From Gemmatimonadota bacterium (GTDB lineage: Bacteria; Gemmatimonadota; Gemmatimonadetes; Gemmatimonadales; GWC2-71-9): a stretch of 64,000 bases of DNA. A program made the position numbers and the translations under genes. Numbering within the stretch: position 1 is the first letter of the stretch; each line of letters opens with the position of its first letter. The notes under the pieces are model-generated. The model made no database searches and had not been told where the DNA came from. It was given only the letters and a program-made list of their open reading frames with translations. The stretch spans positions 128,001 to 192,000 of the forward strand of contig JBDHAB010000004.1 in NCBI GenBank assembly GCA_039588295.1. Direction: 5' to 3'. Of this stretch, positions 55,525 to 64,000 are shown one piece after another.

Positions 55525-57345
55525 CTACTGCGAGAGCTTGGCGCGGAGGAGCGCGATCTGCGCAGCGAACCGCTGCGGAGCAGTCTCCATGAACCGGCGG
55601 TAGAGAACCCGAGCCTCCTCTTCACGTCCCGCCTGTTCGTACGCTCTGCCGAGATTGTAGAGCGCCTCCGGAAACAGCGGGTCGATCTCGAGCGCCCGCT
55701 GCCACAAGACAGTCGCCTCAGTGCGGTTCCCTCGTCGGTCTAGAAGATTGGCCAGGTTATTGAGGGCGGTCGGGTGGCGCGGACTCAATTCCACGGCACG
55801 TCGATAATGGTATTCCGCTCGATCGAAGTCCCCCAGGCGTGCGTACGCGACGCCGAGGCTCAGGTGCGCCCCCTGGGACGATGGGGCCAACTCCACCGCC
55901 CGGGACAGATGACGCCGGGCCTCTTTGGGGGCGCCGAGTGCGAGAGCGACGTCGCCCAGGTTCAGCCACGCGCGACTGTATTCCGGGAAGACCGTGGCGG
56001 CATACCGAGCATGTCGGCGGGCTCCCTCATAATCCCCGACATCGAAGTACGCCGTGGAGAGCGAGGCTTGCACGAACGCGCTCCCCGGCTGCACGGTCGC
56101 AGCGCTGGTGAACAAGGCCATCGCATCGTGCCAGTCGCTCGTTCGCAACCAGGTTCGCCCCGCATAGAGAACGATGACAGCCGCGACTGCCACACGTCCC
56201 AACGCCCTTCCGCGCGCTCCGGACAGCCGGACCAGGGCATCCAATCCCACGATTGCCGCGATCGCGAGGCCCGCCGTAGGGAAGTACAGGAACCGCTCGG
56301 CAAACAATGATGCGACCGGCCGCACCGCGTTCACACCAAGGAGCGCGACGTGTGACAGCACCATACTCAATCCAACGAACGCCACGCGCGAGCGCCGGGC
56401 CAGCCACGAGAGCGTCCACAAGGAGACGAGCAGGACGGCGCTCCCGAGAATGACGCGCGCGTCAAGGAAACTCCGAGCGATTGGGATGGCCTCGTAGGAG
56501 TAGTCTGCCGAGAGCGGTACCGGGTAGATCCACAGCTGGGCAGCCTGCGCCAGAAGCGCCATTGCAGTGATGAACCGAGGACCGAGGGGCTCCGCAATCA
56601 GGGGGTTGAACACGTACTCGATGGGTGACTGGCGCAGCCCCCCGAATCCGGCCGCAAGCCCGGCCACATAGACAACAGCAGTCAGCAGATACACACCGAA
56701 TCGGCCCCACTGCGGCTTCGGCTTCCTGGTGGCCTCGAACAGCAGCAGCACACCAAGCAGCGCAACGGCGCCTTCCTTACAGAGCAATGCGAGCCCGAAC
56801 AGGATGACACCGGTCACGTGTGCCCATGATGCTCGAATCGCCCCGCTGCCGGGCGAGCGGACGTAGAGCACGAGAGCGGCAAGAGAAAACAGCGCTGCCA
56901 GGAGCTCGCTTCGCGCCGCGCCCCAGGCCACGGCTTCGCTGGTCACCGGATGGACTGCGAAGACGGCGGCACCACAGGCGGCAAGTGTCGCCCGGCCTGT
57001 GAGTGCGGTGACGAGCAGCATTACCAGGACGGCGTTTGCCCAATGGAGCAGGATGTTGCCTAGGTGATACCCGAACGGGCTGAGGCCGCCCAGCGCGTAG
57101 TTGACGGCGTAGGACAGCGTAATGAGCGGTCGATAGTGCGTTCGGGAGGATGCCGACGTGGACTCCCAGAACCCGGATGTGAACATCTCAGGGAGGTTGG
57201 CCAGGTTCCGGATGACCGGGTTCTGCTGGATAAACGGGATGTCGTCGACCACAAAGCCGTTGGAGAGTGCGTTCACGTATGCGACGAAGATCAAGGCCCC
57301 CAGCAGGAGCGCGAATGCTGCAAGCCGTCTTGTCTCCCCCGACAT
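55525..57345 (-). CDS. TMTC-like GT-C membrane protein with TPRs, paralog D
   Basis: NGFVVDD, HYRPL, HPVTSEAV, CKEGA, LSADYS, ERFLY, then several TPRs. The start is uncertain. Confidence 0.82.
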   Translation of the reverse strand: MSGETRRLAAFALLLGALIFVAYVNALSNGFVVDDIPFIQQNPVIRNLANLPEMFTSGFWESTSASSRTHYRPLITLSYAVNYALGGLSPFGYHLGNILLHWANAVLVMLLVTALTGRATLAACGAAVFAVHPVTSEAVAWGAARSELLAALFSLAALVLYVRSPGSGAIRASWAHVTGVILFGLALLCKEGAVALLGVLLLFEATRKPKPQWGRFGVYLLTAVVYVAGLAAGFGGLRQSPIEYVFNPLIAEPLGPRFITAMALLAQAAQLWIYPVPLSADYSYEAIPIARSFLDARVILGSAVLLVSLWTLSWLARRSRVAFVGLSMVLSHVALLGVNAVRPVASLFAERFLYFPTAGLAIAAIVGLDALVRLSGARGRALGRVAVAAVIVLYAGRTWLRTSDWHDAMALFTSAATVQPGSAFVQASLSTAYFDVGDYEGARRHARYAATVFPEYSRAWLNLGDVALALGAPKEARRHLSRAVELAPSSQGAHLSLGVAYARLGDFDRAEYHYRRAVELSPRHPTALNNLANLLDRRGNRTEATVLWQRALEIDPLFPEALYNLGRAYEQAGREEEARVLYRRFMETAPQRFAAQIALLRAKLSQ

Positions 57346-57540
57346 CGGGCCCGAAGGGATCTTCGTAGGACATTCCTTGAGTCTTTCCATGCTCCGGACT
57401 CCCGTCAGATCACCCGAGCGGCTTGTCGACAAAGAACGTCTCGGTCACACCGATCCCGCCAACCACCGCGGCGCGCGCGAGAAGATACGACAGGTAGAGG
57501 TATCCGAGTCGCCGGTTTCCGAGCAGGGGATCTTCACAAT

Positions 57541-57799
57541 CCTCACGAAGTTCAACACCAATTCCTGGGTCACCACGGGCCTTACGGACGATCACCCGGT
57601 CGGGTACGATCTGCCGAACGACGTTAATGAGTACAGCCAAACGCCCTCGACGGCTAAGTTGTACGGTGGCGCCATAGAGTGCGCAAGCTGTCACGACCCA
57701 CACGGCACTACCTACGGCGTGAAGTTCCTGCGGGCTCAGGATTTCTGCTCGGACTGCCACAACAAGCAGGTCAAGTTGTGCGCCCGCGCGGCGGGTTGA
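57541..57799 (+). pseudogene. 5'-truncated second copy of the OmcE-like gene
   Basis: Encodes VTTGLTDDHPVGY...IECASCHDPHGTTYGVKFLRAQDFCSDCHNK, very similar to 52258-52460. No signal peptide or first two hemes, and the stop position reads CAG instead of TAG. Confidence 0.85.
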
Positions 57800-57809
57800 G
57801 ATCGCGGAG

Positions 57810-57846
57810 CCGGGGGTGGCCAAAGATTGCCACCCCCGGTTTTATT
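57810..57846 (+). terminator. Rho-independent terminator, related to the 52522 hairpin
   Basis: CCGGGGGTGGC-CAAAGATT-GCCACCCCCGG followed by TTTTATT. Confidence 0.8.
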
Positions 57847-57875
57847 GTGGTCGAGACCTCGTACGGAGTTGTGGA

Positions 57876-58499
57876 GTGTCGATTCGAATTCGCCTTCACT
57901 TGTTGGCTCTGACCTGCTCGGTGTGTGCTCTTGGAGCGTGTGCGAGCAGTGGTTCGATTGAGTATGTCTTCTTCCCGCCTCCGCCGGACACGGTGCGGCT
58001 TCAGTATTTGGGTAAGATCAGTCCACTTGACGATCGCAAGGAGGTGGGGCGTTCCGTATTTGCCATGCTTGGGGGTGGGGAGGAGGAACAGAGCCCAATC
58101 CGCCTCCTTCGCCAGTACGGCGTGACGACCGATACCGGAACCATCCACGCCTGCGACGTGAACCTGCCTGGCGTCCAGGCGATCGATCTGGGGGAGCGAG
58201 ATATCCGCCAGATCAAGAGCCCCACCATGATGCAGCCGAGCATTCGCACCGTGGATCCCGTCACCGACGAGCTCTACGTGGTAGAGGACAATCGGGACGA
58301 GATCGTCGTGCTTGGGGTGGATGGTATGTTCAAGAGTGTCGTGCCGATGGACGTGTGGATCGACTACGCCAATCTGGATCTTTATCGGGATTGGGTGCAC
58401 CCGGATTTCACGCTGAAGCACCCAGTGCTGGTTGCGAACCAACTCAGCCCTGATAAGTTGGCCATTTGCGGGTTCGTGGAACCAAGACAGGGCCGGTAA
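57876..58499 (+). pseudogene. Internally deleted copy of the NHL lipoprotein at 52582
   Basis: Same N-terminus (GACASSGSIEYVFFPPPPDT) and C-terminus (VHPDF...GFVEP) but about 150 aa are missing in frame. Confidence 0.75.
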
Positions 58500-60200
58500 T
58501 TGGCGTTACAGGCGCTACGGAAGTCGCTCCTGACATCGGAGCTAGGGCCACTCGCTCTTCTCATTGCGGTCAACCCGGTGGTCTACTCGATCAACCGGAG
58601 CGCGGCGTACTTTCCGCCGGATTCCATCCTCTACGCCGTTATGGCCAGGGACTTCCTAGACGGTCTCCCGCTGCATGTATCGGGTTGGGGTGGGGCCGGC
58701 GGTGGAGTCATCTTGCCACCACTCTACCCAGCCGTGGTCGCACTAATGTCGATCGCGAGCCCGAATCGGTTGGCAGTGGCGGAGTATGTGAGCGCCATCA
58801 GCATCATCCTGGCTGCCATTCCCCTGTATCTCACGGCTCGCTCATACGCCGGGAGAATTCCCAGCCTCATCGGAGTCGGTGCCCTCCAGTGCATGGGGTT
58901 CTACTTCCACACGGCTCTTCAACCGCTCACAGAGGGCCTGTTCATACTGGTCTCAGCGATTGCTGCCTACGTGTTGGTCAGGACGGCGAGGAGAGGGACG
59001 AAGTTGAGGTGGGTCCTGATATCCGGTGTCTGCGCCGCGCTCGTCTACTTCACCCGCCAGATAGGCCTGCTGTTTCTCCCATGCGCGGTTCTGTTCTTCC
59101 TCCTTCCGGGAACAGAGTCCTTTCGAAGTCGAGTGAAGCGACGAGTCACAGCGGCAGTGGTGGTGGTGGGTGGTTTTCTGGTTCTTGCTGGACCGTATGC
59201 GCTGACGCTTTACTTGCAGACTGGTCAACTCCCCCTCAAGCAGCGTTTCAGTACTCGATCGCAGGCGGTGCAACCGAGCGCTGAAGACCTCCGCACAATT
59301 GAGCGTATCCGCGCGGAGACAAGCGCCGGCTACGAAGGCACGTACGGTGAGCGCCGAAGGCTCCGAAAGCTGAACGAGGCCCGATCGGCTATGCTCTCTT
59401 CGGTTGTTGCAGGTGACGGCAACCAAAGGAGCCTCGTTTCGTCGGTTTTCAAGACGCTCATGTCCCCGCGAAGTGTGATTCAACGGATCGGCTCCAACCT
59501 GCGGCATGTGGTGACCGCCGCCGGTCCGGGGCTTTCCCTCCTGTTTTGCATGGCCATGCTCTTTCCACTCACGCGTACGACGGATGAGCGCCGACGGTGG
59601 GTCTGGAGTGTGCCGTGGTTGTGGGTGGTTGGATATGTCTTTGGGCTTTCTCTGGTATCGACCACAGTTGACCGCTACGTCCTTGTAATCATCCCATTCC
59701 TGTTCCTGCAGTCGGTGCTTTTCCTCACAACTGTCGGGGGTTGGCTGCCTGCGGTGCGTACCCGTCATGGGCGGCTGCCCATTGACGGAGGGCTCGCCAC
59801 GATCGTGTTCGTGATCGGGTTAGCGTCGGCGCCGTCTTTGTTTGCAGACGTTTCCCGCTATCCGAAGCTGTTGGAGTCGGAGTTGCCAATGGGTGCGCTG
59901 CGTAACGTTGTTGGCAGGGGTGACCCCATGTTCACCCTCTACCCGGCAGATGCCTACTTCTTGGGTGGAATCTTCCGCGTCCAGCCGGACGCACGCACGG
60001 GAGACTTGGCTGCGTTTGCTCGTCGCACGGGTGTCAAGTGGCTGGTCGTTCGCCGCACCCCGCAGATCATGCAGGAGTTGCAGTACTACTCCGAATCCTC
60101 GTGGTACCTCGATCCAGGCGTGGTCAGTGACACCAACTTGGTCTTCATGGGCTCGAGCGAGGATGACGTGTTACACCTTTATCGCGTTCGCGATCAGTAG
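58500..60200 (+). CDS. ArnT/PMT-like (GT-C) membrane glycosyltransferase
   Basis: PDSILY, PPLYP, LTEGLF, FTRQIG and DRYVL motifs; multi-TM. Confidence 0.78.
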   Translation: MALQALRKSLLTSELGPLALLIAVNPVVYSINRSAAYFPPDSILYAVMARDFLDGLPLHVSGWGGAGGGVILPPLYPAVVALMSIASPNRLAVAEYVSAISIILAAIPLYLTARSYAGRIPSLIGVGALQCMGFYFHTALQPLTEGLFILVSAIAAYVLVRTARRGTKLRWVLISGVCAALVYFTRQIGLLFLPCAVLFFLLPGTESFRSRVKRRVTAAVVVVGGFLVLAGPYALTLYLQTGQLPLKQRFSTRSQAVQPSAEDLRTIERIRAETSAGYEGTYGERRRLRKLNEARSAMLSSVVAGDGNQRSLVSSVFKTLMSPRSVIQRIGSNLRHVVTAAGPGLSLLFCMAMLFPLTRTTDERRRWVWSVPWLWVVGYVFGLSLVSTTVDRYVLVIIPFLFLQSVLFLTTVGGWLPAVRTRHGRLPIDGGLATIVFVIGLASAPSLFADVSRYPKLLESELPMGALRNVVGRGDPMFTLYPADAYFLGGIFRVQPDARTGDLAAFARRTGVKWLVVRRTPQIMQELQYYSESSWYLDPGVVSDTNLVFMGSSEDDVLHLYRVRDQ

Positions 60201-60426
60201 ATCGGCGGCCCACCTTGAGCGTCACCACCGCGAGCACGGTGCAGATCACGCCCACCGCCATGCACCCTCAGACGGCCGCGAGGAGAACGACAATCTCCCA
60301 GAATTCCCACGTCTTGCGCCACGGGCGAACGCGAGCCCTCAAACGTGCGGAGAGGGCTGACGGTTTGCGGTTGGGCGTTCCTCGAACCCGTGGGCTACGG
60401 GAACTGAAAACAGAGAACCAAGAAAC

Positions 60427-62103
60427 CTAGAACTCGAACCCCTCCATCTTCCTCAAGCTCATCTTGAGCGACACCACTGTCGCGGCCGCACAAATCAGGA
60501 CGACGATGACAAACGCACCGATCATCATCGCGTTTACCGGGACAGGCTGCCCGCGGAAGCTTGCCTGGAGGTAGGTGTAGACGGGCACCGCCTCAACGAC
60601 GATGACGAGCGTGAGCAGGGCAATCGTCGTCATCATGAATACGAGGCCGCCGAACGAAGTCGGAATCTGGGCGGCGTTTTCCGTCTCAAACTGCGGATAG
60701 AGCGCTCCGAACCCCAACGCCATCGCGCTGATCGCGAGCGTGAGCAGGATGATGGTACCGATCCCAACGGCCATCATGAACGGGGCCGCCTGCAGCAAGA
60801 CGTTCGTCAAGACCGTGATCACCAGCGCAAGCACGAGCAGCGGGACGGTGCCCACCCAGTACTTCGACCAGAGGAGCGCCCGAAGGTCTAGTGGACTCGA
60901 TCGCAAGAGCCACATCTGACGGCCTTCGAGCGAGATCGCCGGGAAGACGAATCGTGCGGCTATCGCAGCCAACACGAATCCCGCCAGCCCGAGGTTGAGG
61001 AACGAGATGACCGTGACCAGGACGAACGGGACTTGTTCGCCCCTGAACAGGGGCAACGCCCGGATATTGAAGAGGTAGATCACCACGAGGACGCCGAGCA
61101 GAATGAGCTGGCTCCACTGGGTGGTGTCGCGGAAGAAGAGCTTGAGGTCCTTGATCACGAACTCACGCTTCGCGACCGACAGCGGCTTGAACAGCGGATT
61201 CAATGCCACCTGCCAGATCCATCCTTTGACGAACCGCTCCGCGCCTTCCTGCGCCTTCGTGAATCCGGGCAGGTAGAGCTTGGCATGCAGCAAAGCACCC
61301 AGCACGACGGTTGCCGCAGCCGAGCTCCAAAGAATGATCACGGGGAACGGGTCGAACGGCCCCACGAGATAGCCGATCACGGCTTCGGTCGCCCACTCAC
61401 TCGGGAGCAACGGCGACGTCGGCGTCCGCAACACCGTGATGAAGTCGAGCAGGCTCTGGAACCCCTCGGGGCGTGCCAACTGCTCGGGGCGGATGATCCG
61501 GAACAGCAGCACCACGCCGCCGGCCGCCGCAAGGGCCATGACAGACAGCAGGTCGCGGGTGCGGCGTGCCGGGAACACGTTGACCAAGATGAGCGTGAAC
61601 GCGCTGCCGACGACGGCCGGCATGATGATGAGCGGCAGAAACACCCCAATGGCAAACAAGCCGAACCACCACCCGCCGTTGTAGATCACGCCGTACGCGG
61701 CGAAAATCGGCACTGCCATCAGGCACACCATCCAACTGCTGTGCACTATGGTTTCCCCGAGTTTCGCCAAATAGATGTGTAGCCAGTCCACCGGCGAAGA
61801 GACCAGAAGATCCAGATCTCTGGCCAGGAAGAACGACGACAGTGCCGTGATGACGTTGGAGAGTAGCAGAATCGACAGGAACGACAGCAGCACCAGACTC
61901 AGGAGCTTACCTGCGAGCAACGGCCCGATCTCCTCGACGCCGCGAAAGTAGACCAGCACCCGATACAACACGCCGAAGACCGCAAGCCAAAACACCAGCC
62001 CGACGGTTCCAATGATGGCGGCCTTTCCGCCGCTCTGGCCTTGTCGGAACCGAGTGCGGGCCGTGCGCCACTTCGGGGTCAGGACGAGCGCGAGCGATTC
62101 CAT
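60427..62103 (-). CDS. Putative ABC-2-type exporter permease
   Basis: About 12 TMs; DLDLLVSSPV, KDLKLFFRD and SLEGRQMWLLRSSP; start overlaps the ATPase stop. Confidence 0.85.
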   Translation of the reverse strand: MESLALVLTPKWRTARTRFRQGQSGGKAAIIGTVGLVFWLAVFGVLYRVLVYFRGVEEIGPLLAGKLLSLVLLSFLSILLLSNVITALSSFFLARDLDLLVSSPVDWLHIYLAKLGETIVHSSWMVCLMAVPIFAAYGVIYNGGWWFGLFAIGVFLPLIIMPAVVGSAFTLILVNVFPARRTRDLLSVMALAAAGGVVLLFRIIRPEQLARPEGFQSLLDFITVLRTPTSPLLPSEWATEAVIGYLVGPFDPFPVIILWSSAAATVVLGALLHAKLYLPGFTKAQEGAERFVKGWIWQVALNPLFKPLSVAKREFVIKDLKLFFRDTTQWSQLILLGVLVVIYLFNIRALPLFRGEQVPFVLVTVISFLNLGLAGFVLAAIAARFVFPAISLEGRQMWLLRSSPLDLRALLWSKYWVGTVPLLVLALVITVLTNVLLQAAPFMMAVGIGTIILLTLAISAMALGFGALYPQFETENAAQIPTSFGGLVFMMTTIALLTLVIVVEAVPVYTYLQASFRGQPVPVNAMMIGAFVIVVLICAAATVVSLKMSLRKMEGFEF

Positions 62104-62861
62104 CAGTCTTGCAGAATCGCCGCCAGCTCTTTCACTGCCTCACCACCCGTCAGCTTCAGGAAGAGGTCCTCGAGGGAGACATCACCCGCCGCGGTCTGCT
62201 CTCGAAGCTCTTCGATCGTGCCAGAGGCGACGATGTTGCCTTCCTGGATGATCGCGATTCGATCGCACATCGCTTGGGCGACTTCGAGCGTATGCGTGCT
62301 CATGAGTATCGTTCCGCCGCGGCCGACGAATGTCCGAAAGATGTCCTTGAGCAACCTGGCGCCCTTGGGATCGAGCCCGACCATGGGCTCGTCGACCACG
62401 ATGCATTCGGGGCGATGGATCAGTGCGCTCGAGATGATGAGCTTTTGCCGCATCCCGTGGCTGTACGACTCGACGAGTTCGTTCTTCCACACCGACAGCT
62501 CGAACAGCTCGAACAGCTCGTCGATGCGTCGTTCCACGGCGTTCCCGTCTTGCCCGAACAACCCCGCCACGAACCGCAGGAACTCCACGCCCGTCAACTT
62601 CTCGTACACGAACGGGCGGTCGGGAATGAACCCCAGTCGTTGCTTGGCGGCCATGGGGTGTTCGAGGAGATCGTCGCCGCCGAGCCAGATGCGCCCTTCG
62701 GTCGGACGCATGATGCCCGCGATCATCCGGAGGGTAGTGGTCTTTCCGGCGCCGTTGGGACCGAGGAACCCGAACAGTGCACCGCGCGGCACGTGGAGGT
62801 CGATGGCATTGACCGCGACGAACTTGCCGTACGTCTTGGTGAGCTTCTCGAGCCGGATCAT
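62103..62861 (-). CDS. ABC transporter ATP-binding protein
   Basis: GPNGAGKTT, YSHGMRQKL, VVDEP and STH motifs. Confidence 0.95.
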   Translation of the reverse strand: MIRLEKLTKTYGKFVAVNAIDLHVPRGALFGFLGPNGAGKTTTLRMIAGIMRPTEGRIWLGGDDLLEHPMAAKQRLGFIPDRPFVYEKLTGVEFLRFVAGLFGQDGNAVERRIDELFELFELSVWKNELVESYSHGMRQKLIISSALIHRPECIVVDEPMVGLDPKGARLLKDIFRTFVGRGGTILMSTHTLEVAQAMCDRIAIIQEGNIVASGTIEELREQTAAGDVSLEDLFLKLTGGEAVKELAAILQD

Positions 62862-64000
62862 TCGCTGTCCCCGTCGCGCACGACGTCGAGGGTAAGACGG
62901 CCAATCAACTGGATCAACTCGACCTGACGGGCGAGACCGCCGACGGTGAATCGGAGGTGGGCGGCGTCGGCTGGGAATTGGCCAAACGTCGGGTCCACCG
63001 CCACCCACTCGTCGAGGTAGACCTCCGGCCACGCGTGATAGTAAAACTTTCCGTCGACATAGACGAGCCCGGCCGCCGTCCGAGCGGGGAGCCCGGCCGC
63101 GCGGGCCAGCGCCACGTACAAGACGGTGTGTTCGTTGCAGTCGCCTCGACGGCTTTCGAGGACCTCCAGCGCGCTCGGGATGCTCACGGTTACCCGTTTG
63201 TCGACCTCATCGTACACCCACTGGTTGATCAGCTGTGCGGCGCGTGCCGGGTTCCGCGTCCGACCGAGAATTTGCCGAGCCTGGGCTTGGATGCGTGGGT
63301 CGTGGCTCTGCACCAACGGCTCGGGTTGGAGGTAGCGGGCGAACCGCTCGCCAACTGCCGGAACGAACCACCGAGTCCGAAGCTGCTCGCGACGTTCGCG
63401 GCGGATAACGAGCGTGTCACCGCGCAGTTCCTGCCGACCGCCGCTCAAGTCGTACGCACTCAAGTCGATCCCGCCTACCCGCACCGTGAGCTGCGACAGC
63501 GACGCCGTCGTCAATTCGACGTTGGAGGCGATGGCGGTTTGGCGGATCAGGTCGGTGCTCACGTCCAGGGCAACCCGAGTTGCCTCTCGGCGAACGAAGT
63601 TCTCGAACGCGATCTCGTATGCGGTGCGCTCCATAGTGAAGCCGACGGGCGTCGTCGCGTGGACAATCTGTCCGAGATCGTCGATCCAGGCTTGGACGGT
63701 GAAGCCACCCATCTCCTGACGCACCTGCCACGCGTGCACCGTGTCCCATCGCGCGGCGACCCAGATGGGTTCGTCGCCGATCAACTCGGCGGAGTCCGGT
63801 ACGACAAAGGTGGATTCGGCCGTTACGGTAATCTTCACGTCCCGCTCGGCCAGTTGGAGCGGATCGAATAGCCGCACTGCGTAGGTCTTGCCGACCGCGA
63901 GGTTACCGCCGAACGCAATGTTGAGCGGTAACAACGCTGGCAACACGACGGGCTGGTCGAGCGGGACTCGCAGATCCTGCGTGTTATCCGCGCTCTCGAT
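62858..64000 (-). CDS. Transglutaminase-like domain protein (5' end outside the window)
   Basis: Catalytic-type GDCNEH, YHAWPEVY and VDPT motifs; frame is open to the window edge. Confidence 0.88.
   Translation of the reverse strand: MESADNTQDLRVPLDQPVVLPALLPLNIAFGGNLAVGKTYAVRLFDPLQLAERDVKITVTAESTFVVPDSAELIGDEPIWVAARWDTVHAWQVRQEMGGFTVQAWIDDLGQIVHATTPVGFTMERTAYEIAFENFVRREATRVALDVSTDLIRQTAIASNVELTTASLSQLTVRVGGIDLSAYDLSGGRQELRGDTLVIRRERREQLRTRWFVPAVGERFARYLQPEPLVQSHDPRIQAQARQILGRTRNPARAAQLINQWVYDEVDKRVTVSIPSALEVLESRRGDCNEHTVLYVALARAAGLPARTAAGLVYVDGKFYYHAWPEVYLDEWVAVDPTFGQFPADAAHLRFTVGGLARQVELIQLIGRLTLDVVRDGDSE

Noticed and set aside
57158..57540. Treating the 213-aa ORF 57158-57799 as an intact diheme cytochrome
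   Set aside because: Its N-terminal part is antisense to the TMTC-like gene or low-information sequence, with no signal peptide. Only the last ~85 codons are cytochrome-derived.
60427..62861. ABC genes as ccmA/ccmB completing the Ccm system
   Set aside because: The permease is 558 aa, far larger than CcmB, and the pair is coupled to a transglutaminase-like gene 26 kb from ccmEF.
1..64000. Long alternative-frame ORFs (e.g. 30087-31457 minus, 47127-48410 plus, 48674-50119 minus, 12590-13762 minus)
   Set aside because: They are Arg/Pro/Ala-rich shadow ORFs overlapping well-supported genes, as expected in high-GC DNA.
1..64000. CRISPR arrays, tRNA/rRNA genes, transposases, integrases
   Set aside because: None recognised by eye. 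Recurrent TGCCAC/TGTCAC words are Cys-His codons of heme motifs, not DNA repeats. A covariance-model search would be needed to exclude small RNAs.

Overview
High-GC bacterial DNA, probably Gemmatimonadota (inferred from gene content, not proven), dominated by multiheme c-type cytochromes: about 74 canonical CxxCH motifs counted by eye. Left part: a sigma54-type operon with HybA/HmcB-like Fe-S and NrfD subunits, three GcvH-like proteins lacking the lipoyl lysine, a heme-motif sensor kinase, an NtrC-type regulator and an archaemetzincin. It is followed by split (11-heme + cytochrome b) and fused (19-heme/cytochrome b) CbcL-like genes and a putative porin-cytochrome conduit. Middle: a TonB receptor/YfiR/kinase module, an sqr-tusE-dsrE sulfur module, mtnA, hypB, a glpK with a 5' frameshift and a ccmE(CxxxY)-ccmF-ccmH cluster. 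Right part (about 34.9-60.2 kb), the most interesting region: an OmcE-like tetraheme cytochrome-nanowire subunit with NHL-propeller lipoproteins, a hexaheme c7-type lipoprotein, a beta-barrel, four TMTC-like protein glycosyltransferases, other glycan genes and a decayed second omcE-NHL cassette. Together these suggest a quinol-to-surface electron-transfer chain with a glycosylated cytochrome filament. I recognised no rRNA, tRNA, CRISPR array, transposase or integrase. All family calls come from motif recognition, not database searches.
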